Source of the DNA: Nemertoderma westbladi
Taxonomy: Eukaryota > Animalia > Xenacoelomorpha
NCBI GenBank assembly: GCA_032718475.1
Contig: JAUCBJ010003966.1
Span: 25,251 to 89,250, forward strand
DNA: 64,000 nt
Direction: 5' to 3'
Shown here: one piece after another, positions 14,801-26,700 of the stretch
Layout of the letters: each line of letters opens with the position of its first letter
How positions within the stretch are numbered: the first letter of the stretch is position 1
The notes under the pieces: generated by a model
The model's input: only the letters and a program-made list of their open reading frames with translations
Told to the model about the DNA's origin: nothing
Database searches by the model: none
Made by a program: the position numbers and the translations under genes

Positions 14801-17800
14801 AATAAGATACAGGTGTTAAAAATAGATAACCCGATACAGGTGTTAAAAATAGATAAAAAGATAAAGGTGTTAAAAATAGATAAAAAGATACAGGTGTTAA
14901 AAATAGATAAAACGATACAGGTGTTAAAAATAAATAAAAAGATACAGGTGTTAAAAATAGATAAAAAGATACAGGTGTTAAAAATAGATAAAACGATACA
15001 GGTGTTAAAAATAGATAAAAAGATACAGGTGTTAAAAATAGATAAGATACAGGTGTTAAAAATAGATAAAAAGATAAAGGTGTTAAAAATAGATAAAAAG
15101 ATACAGGTGTTAAAAATAGATAAAACGATACAGGTGTTAAAAATAGATAAAAAGATACAGGTGTTAAAAATAGATAAGATACAGGTGTTAAAAATAGATA
15201 AAAAGATACATGTGTTAAAAATAGATAAAAAGATAAAGGTGTTAAAAATAGATAAAAAGATACAGGTGTTAAAAATAGATAAAAAAGATACAAGTGTTAA
15301 AAATAGATAATAAGATACAGGTGTTAAAAATAGATAAAAAGATATAGGTGTTAAAAATAGATAAAAAAGATACAGGTGTTAAAAATAGATAAAACGATAC
15401 AGGTGTTAAAAATAGATAAAAAAGATACAGGTGTTAAAAATAGATAAAAAGATACAGGTGTTAAAAATAGATAAGATACAGGTGTTAAAAATAGATAAAA
15501 AGATATAGGTGTTAAAAATAGATAAAAAAGATACAGGTGTTAAAAATAGATAAAACGATACAGGTGTTAAAAATATATAAAAAAGATACAGGTGTTAAAA
15601 ATAGATAAAAAGATACAGGTGTTAAAAATAGATAAAAAGATACAGGTGTTAAAAATAGATAATAAGATACAGGTGTTAAAAATATATAAAAAAGATACAG
15701 GTGTTAAAAATAGATAAAACGATACAGGTGTTAAAAATAAATAAAAAGATACAGGTGTTAAAAATAGATAAAAAAGATACAGGTGTTAAAAATAGATAAA
15801 AAGATACAGGTGTTAAAAATAGATAAAAAGATACAGGTGTTAAAAACAGATAAAAAGATACAGGTGTTAAAAATATATAAAAAGATACAGGTGTTAAAAA
15901 CAGATAAAAAGATAAAGGTGTTAAAAATAAATAAAAAGATACAGGTGTTAAAAATAGATAAAAAGATACAGGTGTTAAAAATAGATAAAAAGATACAGGT
16001 GTTAAAAATAGATAAAAAGATACAGGTGTTAAAAATAGATAAAAAGATACAGGTGTTAAAAACAGATAAAAAGATAAAGGTGTTAAAAATAAATAAACAA
16101 GATACAGGTGTTAAAAATAGATAAAAAGATACAGGTGTTAAAAACAGATAAAAAGATACAGGTGTTAAAAATAGATAAGATACAGGTGTTAAAAATAGAT
16201 AAAAAGATACAGGTGTTAAAAACAGATAAAAAGATAAAGGTGTTAAAAATAAATAAAAAGATACAGGTGTTAAAAATAAATAAAAAGATACAGGTGTTAA
16301 AAATAGATAAAAAGATACAGGTGTTAAAAATAGATAAAAAGATACAGGTGTTAAAAATAGATAAAAAGATACAGGTGTTAAAAACAGATAAAAAGATAAA
16401 GGTGTTAAAAATAAATAAAAAGATACAGGTGTTAAAAATAGATAAAAAGATACAGGTGTTAAAAATAGATAAAAAGATACAGGTGTTAAAAATAGATAAG
16501 ATACAGGTGTTAAAAATAAATAAAAAGATACAGGTGTTAAAAATAGATAAAAAGATACAGGTGTTAAAAATAGATAAGATACAGGTGTTAAAAATAGATA
16601 AAAAGATACAGGTGTTAAAAATAGATAAGATACAGGTGTTAAAAATAGATAAAAAGATACAGGTGTTAAAAACAGATAAAAAGATAAAGGTGTTAAAAAT
16701 AAATAAACAAGATACAGGTGTTAAAAATAGATAAAAAGATACAGGTGTTAAAAATAGATAAGATACAGGTGTTAAAAATAAATAAAAAGATACAGGTGTT
16801 AAAAATAGATAAAAAGATACAGGTGTTAAAAATAGATAAGATACAGGTGTTAAAAATAAATAAAAAGATACAGGTGTTAAAAATAGATAAAAAGATACAG
16901 GTGTTAAAAATAGATAAAAAGATACAGGTGTTAAAAATAGATAAAAAGATACAGGTGTTAAAAATAGATAAAAAGATACAGGTGTTAAAAATAGATAAAA
17001 AGATACAGGTGTTAAAAATAGATAAGATACAGGTGTTAAAAATAGATAAAAAGATACAGGTGTTAAAAATAGATAAACCGATACAGGTGTTAAAAATAGA
17101 TAAAAAGATACAGGTGTTAAAAATAGATAAAAAGATACAGGTGTTAAAAATAGATAAAAAAGATACAGGTGTTAAAAATAGATAAAAAGATACAGGTGTT
17201 AAAAATAGATAAAAATATACAGGTGTTTAAAACAGATAAAAAGATACAGGTGTTAAAAATAGATAAAAAGATACAGGTGTTAAAAATAGATAAACCGATA
17301 CAGGTGTTAAAAATAGATAAAAAGATACAGGTGTTAAAAATAGATAAAACGATACAGGTGTTAAAAATAGATAAAAAGATACAGGTGTTAAAAATAGATA
17401 AAAAGATACAGGTGTTAAAAATAGATAAAAATATACAGGTGTTTAAAACAGATAAAAAGATACAGGTGTTAAAAATAGATAAAAAAGATACAGGTGTTAA
17501 AAATAGATAAAAAGATACAGGTGTTAAAAATAGATAAAAAAGATACAGGTGTTAAAAATAGATAAAAAGATACAGGTGTTAAAAATAGATAAAAATATAC
17601 AGGTGTTTAAAACAGATAAAAAGATACAGGTGTTAAAAATAGATAAAAAAGATACAGGTGTTAAAAATAGATAAAAAGATACAGGTGTTAAAAATAGATA
17701 AAAAGATACAGGTGTTAAAAATAGATAAAAAGATACAGGTGCTAAAAATAGATAAAAAGATACAGGTGTTAAAAATAGATAAAAAGATACAGGTGTTAAA

Positions 17801-18338
17801 AATAGATAAAAATATACAGGTGTTTAAAACAGATAAAAAGATACAGGTGTTAAAAATAGATAAAAAAGATACAGGTGTTCAAAATAGATAAAAAGATACA
17901 GGTGTTAAAAATAGATAAAAAGATACAGGTGTTAAAAATAGATAAAAAGATACAGGTGTTAAAAATAGATAAAAAGATACAGGTGTTAAAAATAGATAAA
18001 AAGATACAGGTGTTAAAAATAGATAAAAAGATACAGGTGTTAAAAATAGATAAAAAGATACAGGTGTTAAAAATAGATAAAAATATACAGGTGCTAAAAA
18101 TAGATAAGATACAGGTGTTAAAAATAGATAAAAAGATACAGGTGCTAAAAATAGATAAGATACAGGTGTTAAAAATAGATAAAAAGATACAGGTGTTAAA
18201 AATAGATAAAAAGATACAGGTGTTAAAAATAGATAAAAAGATACAGGTGATAAAAATAGATAAACCGATACAGGTGTTAAAAATAGATAAAAAGATACAG
18301 GTGTTAAAAATAGATAAAAATATACAGGTGTTAAAATA
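8898..18338. repeat. 27-bp AT-rich satellite (about 350 copies) in PC intron 13, with an internal duplication of about 4.2 kb
   Basis: Unit GATACAGGTGTTAAAAATAGATAAAAA. The variant pattern recurs at an offset of about 4170-4230. Confidence 0.96.
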
Positions 18339-18789
18339 TAATTTATTATCGCGAGTTAAAAAAATATCGCGATTAAGACATTTTTACTCTCGATATTTTT
18401 CACCAATACCTTATTTGCAATTTAAAACAGGCAAACTAGTTATTTGTTTCCATTGAGTCAATCCCAAACTGATGGCACGCACAATCTATGTTCCCGCTAA
18501 TACTTCTAGCTCTACAAAAAGCTGTAAGCTTACGTGCTGCATCCACCCAGCAGGCGCGTCCCCAATGTTCGCCCAGTTACAATAATAATGTACTCAGTTG
18601 TATATATTATCAACATTAAAATGTCAAGTATTAATCTAAAAGTTGACGTATTTCTCAACGGTTTCACGTTTTATACTGAAATATTAACACGAAAAAACGA
18701 AAGCAAGTGAAATATGAAACGTTAGTCTAAGTGAATTACCATATATTTAAATCGAACATGTTGGAATAATTAAAAGTTTAAAAGTTCAC

Positions 18790-18918
18790 CTGGAATCTCG
18801 TTGATGTAAACATCAGAGTTTCCGGATTTCATTGTAACGGTGCACTCGAATGGAGCGTATAGTTGTCTCGCCTGCTCCCAGTAGGCGCTGTAACCACTCA
18901 CTGCGTCCAAACTAATTC
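18790..18918 (-). CDS. PC: PC exon 13
   Basis: [43 protein letters not shown]; TAG acceptor, GTGAAC donor. Confidence 0.93.
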
Positions 18919-19180
18919 CTAAGAGAAGAGCAAATCAATAATCAATAATATTAATAAGTACTGCGGTAAACATAGGGTAAACATTCTCTATTGAGTTTTT
19001 CAATAATTCCATTTGTTCTTTTATTTTCCAGAAAGTTTTCAAAAATTAAAATGAATCCGTTAATATAAAAAATAGAAATAAGGAACCCCATGTAAAGGTG
19101 CGTTCACATAACGTTTGTGTACGTGTGTAATTTAGCATGATTGATTCTTTTTCTCGGAATTACTAAACTATTTATTTTAC

Positions 19181-19430
19181 CTGTATCTAAATCAGTTCCC
19201 TCCAACTCCGCAACCACGGCGCCCATCGATGGCTGTGACGTCATCCCACTCATAGAGTCGACGGCAACGTCTACGACGTCAGCGCCGGCTCTTCCGGCGG
19301 CTAACATTGCGGCGACACCGGCACCGGCGGTGTCGTGTGTGTGGACGTGGATCGGGAGGTCTGGATACCGGTCCCGTAGAGCAGTAACCAGCAGATGAGC
19401 AGCGCGGGGCTTCAGTAATCCAGCCATATC
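19181..19430 (-). CDS. PC: PC exon 12
   Basis: DMAGLLKP...[14 protein letters not shown]...[11 protein letters not shown]...TDLDT; TAG acceptor, GTAAAA donor. Confidence 0.94.
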
Positions 19431-19717
19431 CTAAGGCGAAGATAAATAGATCAAAGTGAAGTAACTTAAAGAAAATAAATACTAAGTTGGTATAAATAAT
19501 GTCTTAGTCCATTTTTTAAGGCCGCCGACTCCGAACCCTGTAAAGACCCAGTATTGCCGCATTTCCCTCCTGCACTCCACTCCAATACACCCCAACAAAC
19601 CTGAATAAGGTTCTATCTTCCACCCGAAAAATCGCATCCACAAAAAACGAATGTTTCCCAATAAGGAAATTTTTATGTACAAGAAGTGTGAGAAAGTAAT
19701 TCGTCCCAAATTCTAAC

Positions 19718-19958
19718 CTTAATGGCAAGTATGTGAGTCCCAGCCTTTACTAATTCGTCAGCTAAATCCAAATAGTAATCGAGGTTGTATTTAGTGCGAC
19801 TAGGATCGGAAACATCGCCTGTGTACGATATTGCTGCTTCGACAACACCACCGGCTTTACCGGCAGCTTCCATACCGATAATGAGGTTAGGCAGATAGTT
19901 GAGGGAGTCGAAGACACGGAAGATATCCATCCCACAGGAGAACGCAAGTTCACAGAAT
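19718..19958 (-). CDS. PC: PC exon 11
   Basis: [21 protein letters not shown]...AGTHILAIK; TAG acceptor, GTTAGA donor. Confidence 0.94.
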
Positions 19959-20004
19959 CTATAAGAAACAGGATGATTTATGGGAGTAAATTATTTAGTA
20001 ACCC

Positions 20005-20120
20005 CTGGTCCTGGGATAAGGACAACCTGGTCTTGGGATAAGGACCCCCTGCTCCTGGGCTAAGGACAAGCTGGGCCTGGGATAAGGACAACCTGGTCCA
20101 AGGATAAGGACATCCTGGAG
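20005..20120. repeat. Short degenerate tandem repeat of about 21-22 bp
   Basis: About 5 imperfect copies of CTGGTCCTGGGATAAGGACAAC. Confidence 0.7.
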
Positions 20121-20244
20121 GTGAGGCGTGGAGGTGGCAGGTTTTCTGTTCAATGACCCATAAGACCTGACAAGACTGTGACCTATGACCTGGCACCATC
20201 ACGTACTGTACAGAACAAAGAGAGTCCCACAAGAACTGAAACTA

Positions 20245-21360
20245 ATAAGATGGTGCCAGTGTACAAGAAGGGCCACATAACACTAACATTTACATAAAAT
20301 AACGAATCTTTTCGTGAAATCACGTTGTTCACGATTGCTGCAAAGCTATACAATAAAATTATATTTATTAGTATCAGGGATCCCGTTGAGAGATGGTTAC
20401 GTTGAAATCATAATGGGTTCCATAAAGGTGAACCATGGAGCCCTTTCTAGTATCTCTAACCGGGTTAGGCAGTGGAACCATGGAGCCCTTTCTAGTAGCT
20501 CTAACCGGGTTAAGCCGTGGAACCATGGAGCCCTTTCTAGTAGCTCTAACCGGGTTAGGCCGTGGAACCATGGAGCCCTTTCTAGTAGCTCTAACCGGGT
20601 TAGGCCGTGGAACCATGGAGCCCTTTCTAGTAGCTCTAACCGGGTTAGGCCGTGGAACCATGGAGCCCTTTCTAGTAGCTCTAACCGGGTTAGGCCGTGG
20701 AACCATGGAGCCCTTTCTAGTAGCTCTAACCGGGTTAGGCCGTGGAACCATGGAGCCCTTTCTAGTAGCTCTAACCGGGTTAGGCCGTGGAACCATGGAG
20801 CCCTTTCTAGTAGCTCTAACCGGGTTAGGCCGTGGAACCATGGAGCCCTTTCTAGTAGCTCTAACCGGGTTAGGCCGTGGAACCATGGAGCCCTTTCTAG
20901 TAGCTCTAACCGGGTTAGGCCGTGGAACCATGGAGCCCCTTCTAGTAGCTCTAACCGGGTTAGGCCGTGGAACCATGGAGCCCTTTCTAGTAGCTCTAAC
21001 CGGGTTAGGCCGTGGAACCATGGAGTCCTTTCTAGTAGCTCCAACCGGGTTAGGCCGTGGAACCATGGAGCCCTTTCTAGTAGCTCTAACCGGGTTAGGC
21101 CGTGGAACCATGGAGCCCTTTCTAGTAGCTCTTACCGGGTTAGGCCGTGGAACCATGGAGCCCTTTCTAGTAACTCTAACCGGGTTAGGCCGTGGAACCA
21201 TGGAGCCCTTTCTAGTAGCTCTAACCGGGTTAGGCCGTGGAACCATGGAGCCCTTTCTAGTAGCTCTTACCGGGTTAGGCTGTGGAACCATGGAGCCCTT
21301 TCTAGTAGTTCTTACCGGGTTAACTTTTTCAGCAACCAGATCACTACGCGACGATTCCCT
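20245..21360 (+). pseudogene. Decayed non-LTR retrotransposon (LINE) reverse-transcriptase fragment, split by the 45-bp array
   Basis: One frame reads KMVPVYKKGH..*..NESFREITLFTIAAKLYNKIIFISIRDPVERWLR*NHNGFHKG and resumes after the array as SNQITTRR. This fits the LINE RT N-terminal pattern IVPxxKKG...NYRxIxL...K...QxGFR...QIxxLRR. Confidence 0.7.
20431..21321. repeat. 45-bp tandem array (about 20 near-identical copies)
   Basis: Unit AACCATGGAGCCCTTTCTAGTAGCTCTAACCGGGTTAGGCCGTGG. Confidence 0.96.
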
Positions 21361-21810
21361 AGCATTTGGGATGTCCACCGCTGCCGGTGACCAGATACAT
21401 TTTAAGTTGTACGGGGTGTCCTTATGGCATACTAATTACATCGATCATTCTTGTTTATAATTGAACAAGAATGAACCTAATTAAACTTACATAATGGATT
21501 ATGCTCTACACGGAGACCGGCATTGGACATATGCGGATAAAGTTATGGGTGATAGGGAGTAGTGGAGACACAATTTTGCCGATAAGCCGGTATCTCAATG
21601 CTGCATGTCGATTAGATAGATGGGTCTCCAAATATTAATTCGGAATCAATATTTTCCAATGAAAAACGGTGTCACAGCTTTCCGAATTTGGCTAAATTAG
21701 GAAATATTTGAAAATAGATACATACAAGAGGTGAACCTGTGAGATGAGAGATAGAGTAAGTTTTAAAAGACAGATGTTAAGTGTTATCTGTTAGGAAGAT
21801 AGTAACTCAC

Positions 21811-22192
21811 TTTTCGACTACGTTATCCGGGTAGTTAGTATACCCGACGGTGTTGGCACCCCTAAGCAGCATCTGGAAGGGAATATTAGGAACGAGTTGG
21901 CGCAGTTCCTCGAGGCGTTCCCACGGACACTCGTGGAGGAATCTCATGGCCACGTCGAAGGTTGCCCCGCCCCAGTTCTCGAGCGCGAACAAAGAACTCA
22001 GTCGATGGGCGACAAACGGGCTGATTCGCTTGAGGTCGTGGGTTCGTACTCGGGTCGCTAGGAGGCTCTGGTGGGCGTCTCGGAAGGTGGTGTCCATGAG
22101 GAGGAGGCCCCGATGGTCGCGGATGCATTTAGCAAACGCCTCCGGTCCGTGTTGAAGGAGAATGGAACGGAAACTGTCTGGGGCAACGCTAC
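21811..22192 (-). CDS. PC: PC exon 10
   Basis: [13 protein letters not shown]...[17 protein letters not shown]...[13 protein letters not shown]...NYPDNVVE; TAG acceptor, GTGAGT donor. Confidence 0.93.
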
Positions 22193-22366
22193 CTAATGAT
22201 GGGGGTATTGTTCGTGAGTAAAATAATGTTGGAAAAAGTGAGGAGAAATAGAGTTGCAATTTAGTAAAATCGAATTAGACAAATGTCTTAAAATATATAT
22301 ACACACACGTATAAAGTAACACGATATATCGGTGGACTATAATAACTGGGAATAATATTTACCAAC

Positions 22367-22604
22367 CGTATTTGGGATAAGGAGGCACAACTGGGTCCAC
22401 GTGGGCTGGGGGTACGTCGGTCCCTAACGGGGTTAGGGGTCCGTTCACCGAAAGGTTGCCTAGAAAATAGAGAAGTTTCTGGGCCCGATTGAGCGTAGGT
22501 CGAAGATGGAACAGCTCGGGGTGTTCGTCGATAAAGTAGGTGTCAACGGTACCGGAGAGAAAACGTTCGTTGTATAGAACATTGAGTAGGAAGTTGATAT
22601 TAGT
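22367..22604 (-). CDS. PC: PC exon 9
   Basis: [32 protein letters not shown]...[18 protein letters not shown]...[10 protein letters not shown]; TAG acceptor, GTTGGT donor; phase matches exon 10. Confidence 0.9.
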
Positions 22605-23040
22605 CTAAAAAACAATGAGTAGGAAGTTGATATTGGTCTAAAAGACATTGAGTAGGAAGTTGATATTTGTCTAAAATACATTGAGTAGGAAATTGATATT
22701 AGTCTAAAAAACATCGAGTAGGAAGTTGATATTAGTCTAAAAACATTGAGTAGGAAGTTGATGTTGGTCTAAAAAACATTGAGTAGGAAGTTGATATTGG
22801 TCTAAAAAAACATTGAGTGCGACGTTGATATTTGTCTAAAAAACATTGAGTAGGAAGTTGATATTGGTCTAAAAAAACATTGAGTGCGACGTTGATATTT
22901 GTCTAAAAAACAATGAGTAGGAAGTTGATATTGGTCTAAAAAACATCGAGTAGGAAGTTGATATTAGTCTAAAAACATTGAGTAGGAAGTTGATGTTGGT
23001 CTAAAAAACATTGAGTAGGAAGTTGATATTGGTCAACATT

Positions 23041-23209
23041 GGGGTCCGTTCACCGAAAGGTTGCCTAGAAAATAGAGAAGTTTCTGGGCCCGATTGAGCG
23101 TAGGTCGAAGATGGAACAGCTCGGGGTGTTCGTCGATAAAGTAGGTGTCAACGGTACCGGAGAGAAAACGTTCGTTGTATAGAACATTGAGTAGGAAGTT
23201 GATATTAGT
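23041..23209 (-). pseudogene. Truncated duplicate of PC exon 9 (5' ~170 nt, acceptor intact, no donor)
   Basis: Matches 22436-22604 at an offset of 605. Ends ...NGP then CAA TGT TGA. Confidence 0.88.
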
Positions 23210-23723
23210 CTAAAAAACAATGAGTAGGAAGTTGATATTGGTCTAAAAGACATTGAGTAGGAAGTTGATATTTGTCTAAAATACATTGAGTAGGAAATTG
23301 ATATTAGTCTAAAAAACATCGAGTAGGAAGTTGATATTAGTCTAAAAACATTGAGTAGGAAGTTGATAATAGTCTAAAAAACATTGAGTAGGAAGTTGAT
23401 ATTGGTCTAAAAGACATTGAGTAGGACCTTGATATTTGTCTAAAAAACATTGAGTAGGAAGTTGATATTGGTCTAAAAAAACATTGAGTGCGACGTTGAT
23501 ATTTGTCTAAAAAACATTGAGTAGGAAGTTGATATTGGTCTAAAAAACATTGAGTAGGAAGTTGATATTGGTCTAAAAAACATCGAGTAGGAAGTTGATA
23601 TTAGTCTAAAAACATTGAGTAGGAAGTTGATGTTGGTCTAAAAAACATTGAGTAGGAAGTTGATATTGGTCTAAAAAACATTGAGTGCGACGTTGATATT
23701 TGTCTAAAAAACATTGAGTAGGA

Positions 23724-23793
23724 AGTAGGTGTCAACGGTACCGGAGAGAAAACGTTCGTTGTATAGAACATTGAGTAGGAAGTTGATATTAGT
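23724..23793 (-). pseudogene. Second, shorter duplicate of the exon-9 5' end (about 70 nt)
   Basis: [24 protein letters not shown] embedded in the 33-bp array. Confidence 0.85.
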
Positions 23794-26700
23794 CTAAAAA
23801 ACAATGAGTAGGAAGTTGATATTGGTCTAAAAGACATTGAGTAGGAAGTTGATATTTGTCTAAAATACATTGAGTAGGAAATTGATATTAGTCTAAAAAA
23901 CATCGAGTAGGAAGTTGATATTAGTCTAAAAAACAATGAGTAGGAAGTTGATATTGGTCTAAAAAACATCGAGTAGGAAGTTGATATTAGTCTAAAAACA
24001 TTGAGTAGGAAGTTGATGTTGGTCTAAAAAACATTGAGTAGGAAGTTGATATTGGTCTAAAAAAACATTGAGTGCGACGTTGATATTTGTCTAAAAAACA
24101 TTGAGTAGGAAGTTGATATTGGTCTAAAAAACATTGAGTAGAAAGTTGATATTTGTCTAAAAAACATTGAGTAGGAAGTTGATATTGGTCTAAAAAAACA
24201 TTGAGTGCGACGTTGATATTTGTCTAAAAAACATTGAGTAGGAAGTTGATATTGGTCTAAAAAACATTGAGTAGGAAGTTGATATTGGTCTAAAAAACAT
24301 CGAGTAGGAAGTTGATATTAGTCTAAAAACATTGAGTAGGAAGTTGATGTTGGTCTAAAAAACATTGAGTAGGAAGTTGATATTGGTCTAAAAAACATTG
24401 AGTGCGACGTTGATATTTGTCTAAAAAACATTGAGTAGGAAGTTGATATTAGTCTAAAAAACAATGAGTAGGAAGTTGATATTGGTCTAAAAGACATTGA
24501 GTAGGAAGTTGATATTTGTCTAAAATACATTGAGTAGGAAATTGATATTAGTCTAAAAAACATCGAGTAGGAAGTTGATATTAGTCTAAAAAACAATGAG
24601 TAGGAAGTTGATATTGGTCTAAAAAACATCGAGTAGGAAGTTGATATTAGTCTAAAAACATTGAGTAGGAAGTTGATGTTGGTCTAAAAAACATTGAGTA
24701 GGAAGTTGATATTGGTCTAAAAAAACATTGAGTGCGACGTTGATATTTGTCTAAAAAACATTGAGTAGGAAGTTGATATTGGTCTAAAAAACATTGAGTA
24801 GGAAGTTGATATTTGTCTAAAAAACATTGAGTAGGAAGTTGATATTGGTCTAAAAAAACATTGAGTGCGACGTTGATATTTGTCTAAAAAACATTGAGTA
24901 GGAAGTTGATATTGGTCTAAAAAACATTGAGTAGGAAGTTGATATTGGTCTAAAAAACATCGAGTAGGAAGTTGATATTAGTCTAAAAACATTGAGTAGG
25001 AAGTTGATGTTGGTCTAAAAAACATTGAGTAGGAAGTTGATATTGGTCTAAAAAACATTGAGTGCGACGTTGATATTTGTCTAAAAAACATTGAGTAGGA
25101 AGTTGATATTGGTCTAAAAAACATTATTAGTCTAAAAGACATTGAGTAGGAAGTTGATATTGGTTTAAAAAACATTGAGTAGGAAGTTGATATTTGTCTA
25201 AAAAACATTGAGTAGGAAGTTGATATTGGTCTAAAAAACATTGAGTAGGAAGTTGATAATAGTCTAAAAAACATTGAGTAGGAAGTTGATAATGGTCTAA
25301 AAAACATTGAGTAGGAAGTTGATATTGGTCTAAAAGACATTGAGTAGGAAGTTGATAATAGTCTAAAAAACATTGAGTAGGAAGTTGATATTGGTCTAAA
25401 AAACAATGAGTAGGAAGTTGATATTTGTCTAAAAAACATTGAGTAGGAAGTTGATATTGGTCTAAAAAACATTGAGTAGGAAGTTGATAATAGTCTAAAA
25501 AACATTGAGTAGGAAGTTGATATTGGTCTAAAAAACATTGAGTAGGAAGTTGATATTGGTCTAAAAGACATTGAGAAGGAAGTTGATAATAGTCTAAAAA
25601 ACATTGAGTAGGAAGTTGATATTGGTCTAAAAAACAATGAGTAGGAAGTTGATATTTGTCTAAAAAACATTGAGTAGGAAGTTGATATTGGTCTAAAAAA
25701 CATTGAGTAGGAAGTTGATAATAGTCTAAAAAATATTGAGTAGGAAGTTGATATTGGTCTAAAAGACATTGAGTAGGACCTTGATATTGGTCTAAAAGAC
25801 ACTGAGTAGGAAGTTGATATTGGTCTAAAAAACAATGAGTAGGAAGTTGATATTTGTCTAAAAAACATTGAGTAGGAAGTTGATATTAGTCTAAAAGACA
25901 TTGAGTAGGAAGTTGATATTAGTCTAAAAGACATTGAGTAGGAAGTTGATATTGGTCTAAAAAACATTGAGTAGGAAGTTGATATTAGTCTAAAAGACAT
26001 TGAGTAGGAAATTGATATTAGTCTAAAAAACATTGAGTAGGAAGTTGATATTAGTCTAAAAGACATTGAGTAGGAAATTGATATTAGTCTAAAAGACATT
26101 GAGTAGGAAGTTGATATTGGTCTAAAAAACATTGAGTAGGAATTTGATATTGGTCTAAAAGACATTGAGTTGGACCTTGATATTGGTCTACAATACATTG
26201 AGTAGGAAGTTGATATTAGTCTAAAAGATATTGAGTAGGAAGTTGATATTGGTCTATAAGTCTTTGAGTAGGAAGTTGATATTGGTCTAAAAAAGATCGA
26301 GTAGGAAGTTGATATTGGTCTAAAAAACATCGAGTAGGAAGTTAATATTGGTCTAAAAAACATTGAGTAGGAATTTGATATTGGTCTAAAAGACATTGAG
26401 TTGGACCTTGATATTGGTCTACAATACATTGAGTAGGAAGTTGATATTAGTCTAAAAGATATTGAGTAGGAAGTTGATATTGGTCTATAAGACTTTGAGT
26501 AGGCAGTTGATATTGGTCTAAAAAAGATCGAGTAGGAAGTTGATATTGGCCTAAAAAACATCGAGTAGGAAGTTGATATTAGTCTAAAAACATTGAGTAG
26601 GAAGTTGATATTAGTCTAAAAGACATTGAGTAGGAAGTTGATATTGGTCTAAAAAACATTGAGTAGGAATTTGATATTGGTCTAAAAGACATTGAGTTGG

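Noticed and set aside
19141-22155. Antisense or alternative-frame ORFs overlapping PC exons 10-12
   Set aside because: These are shadows of GC-richer coding exons with no independent protein features.
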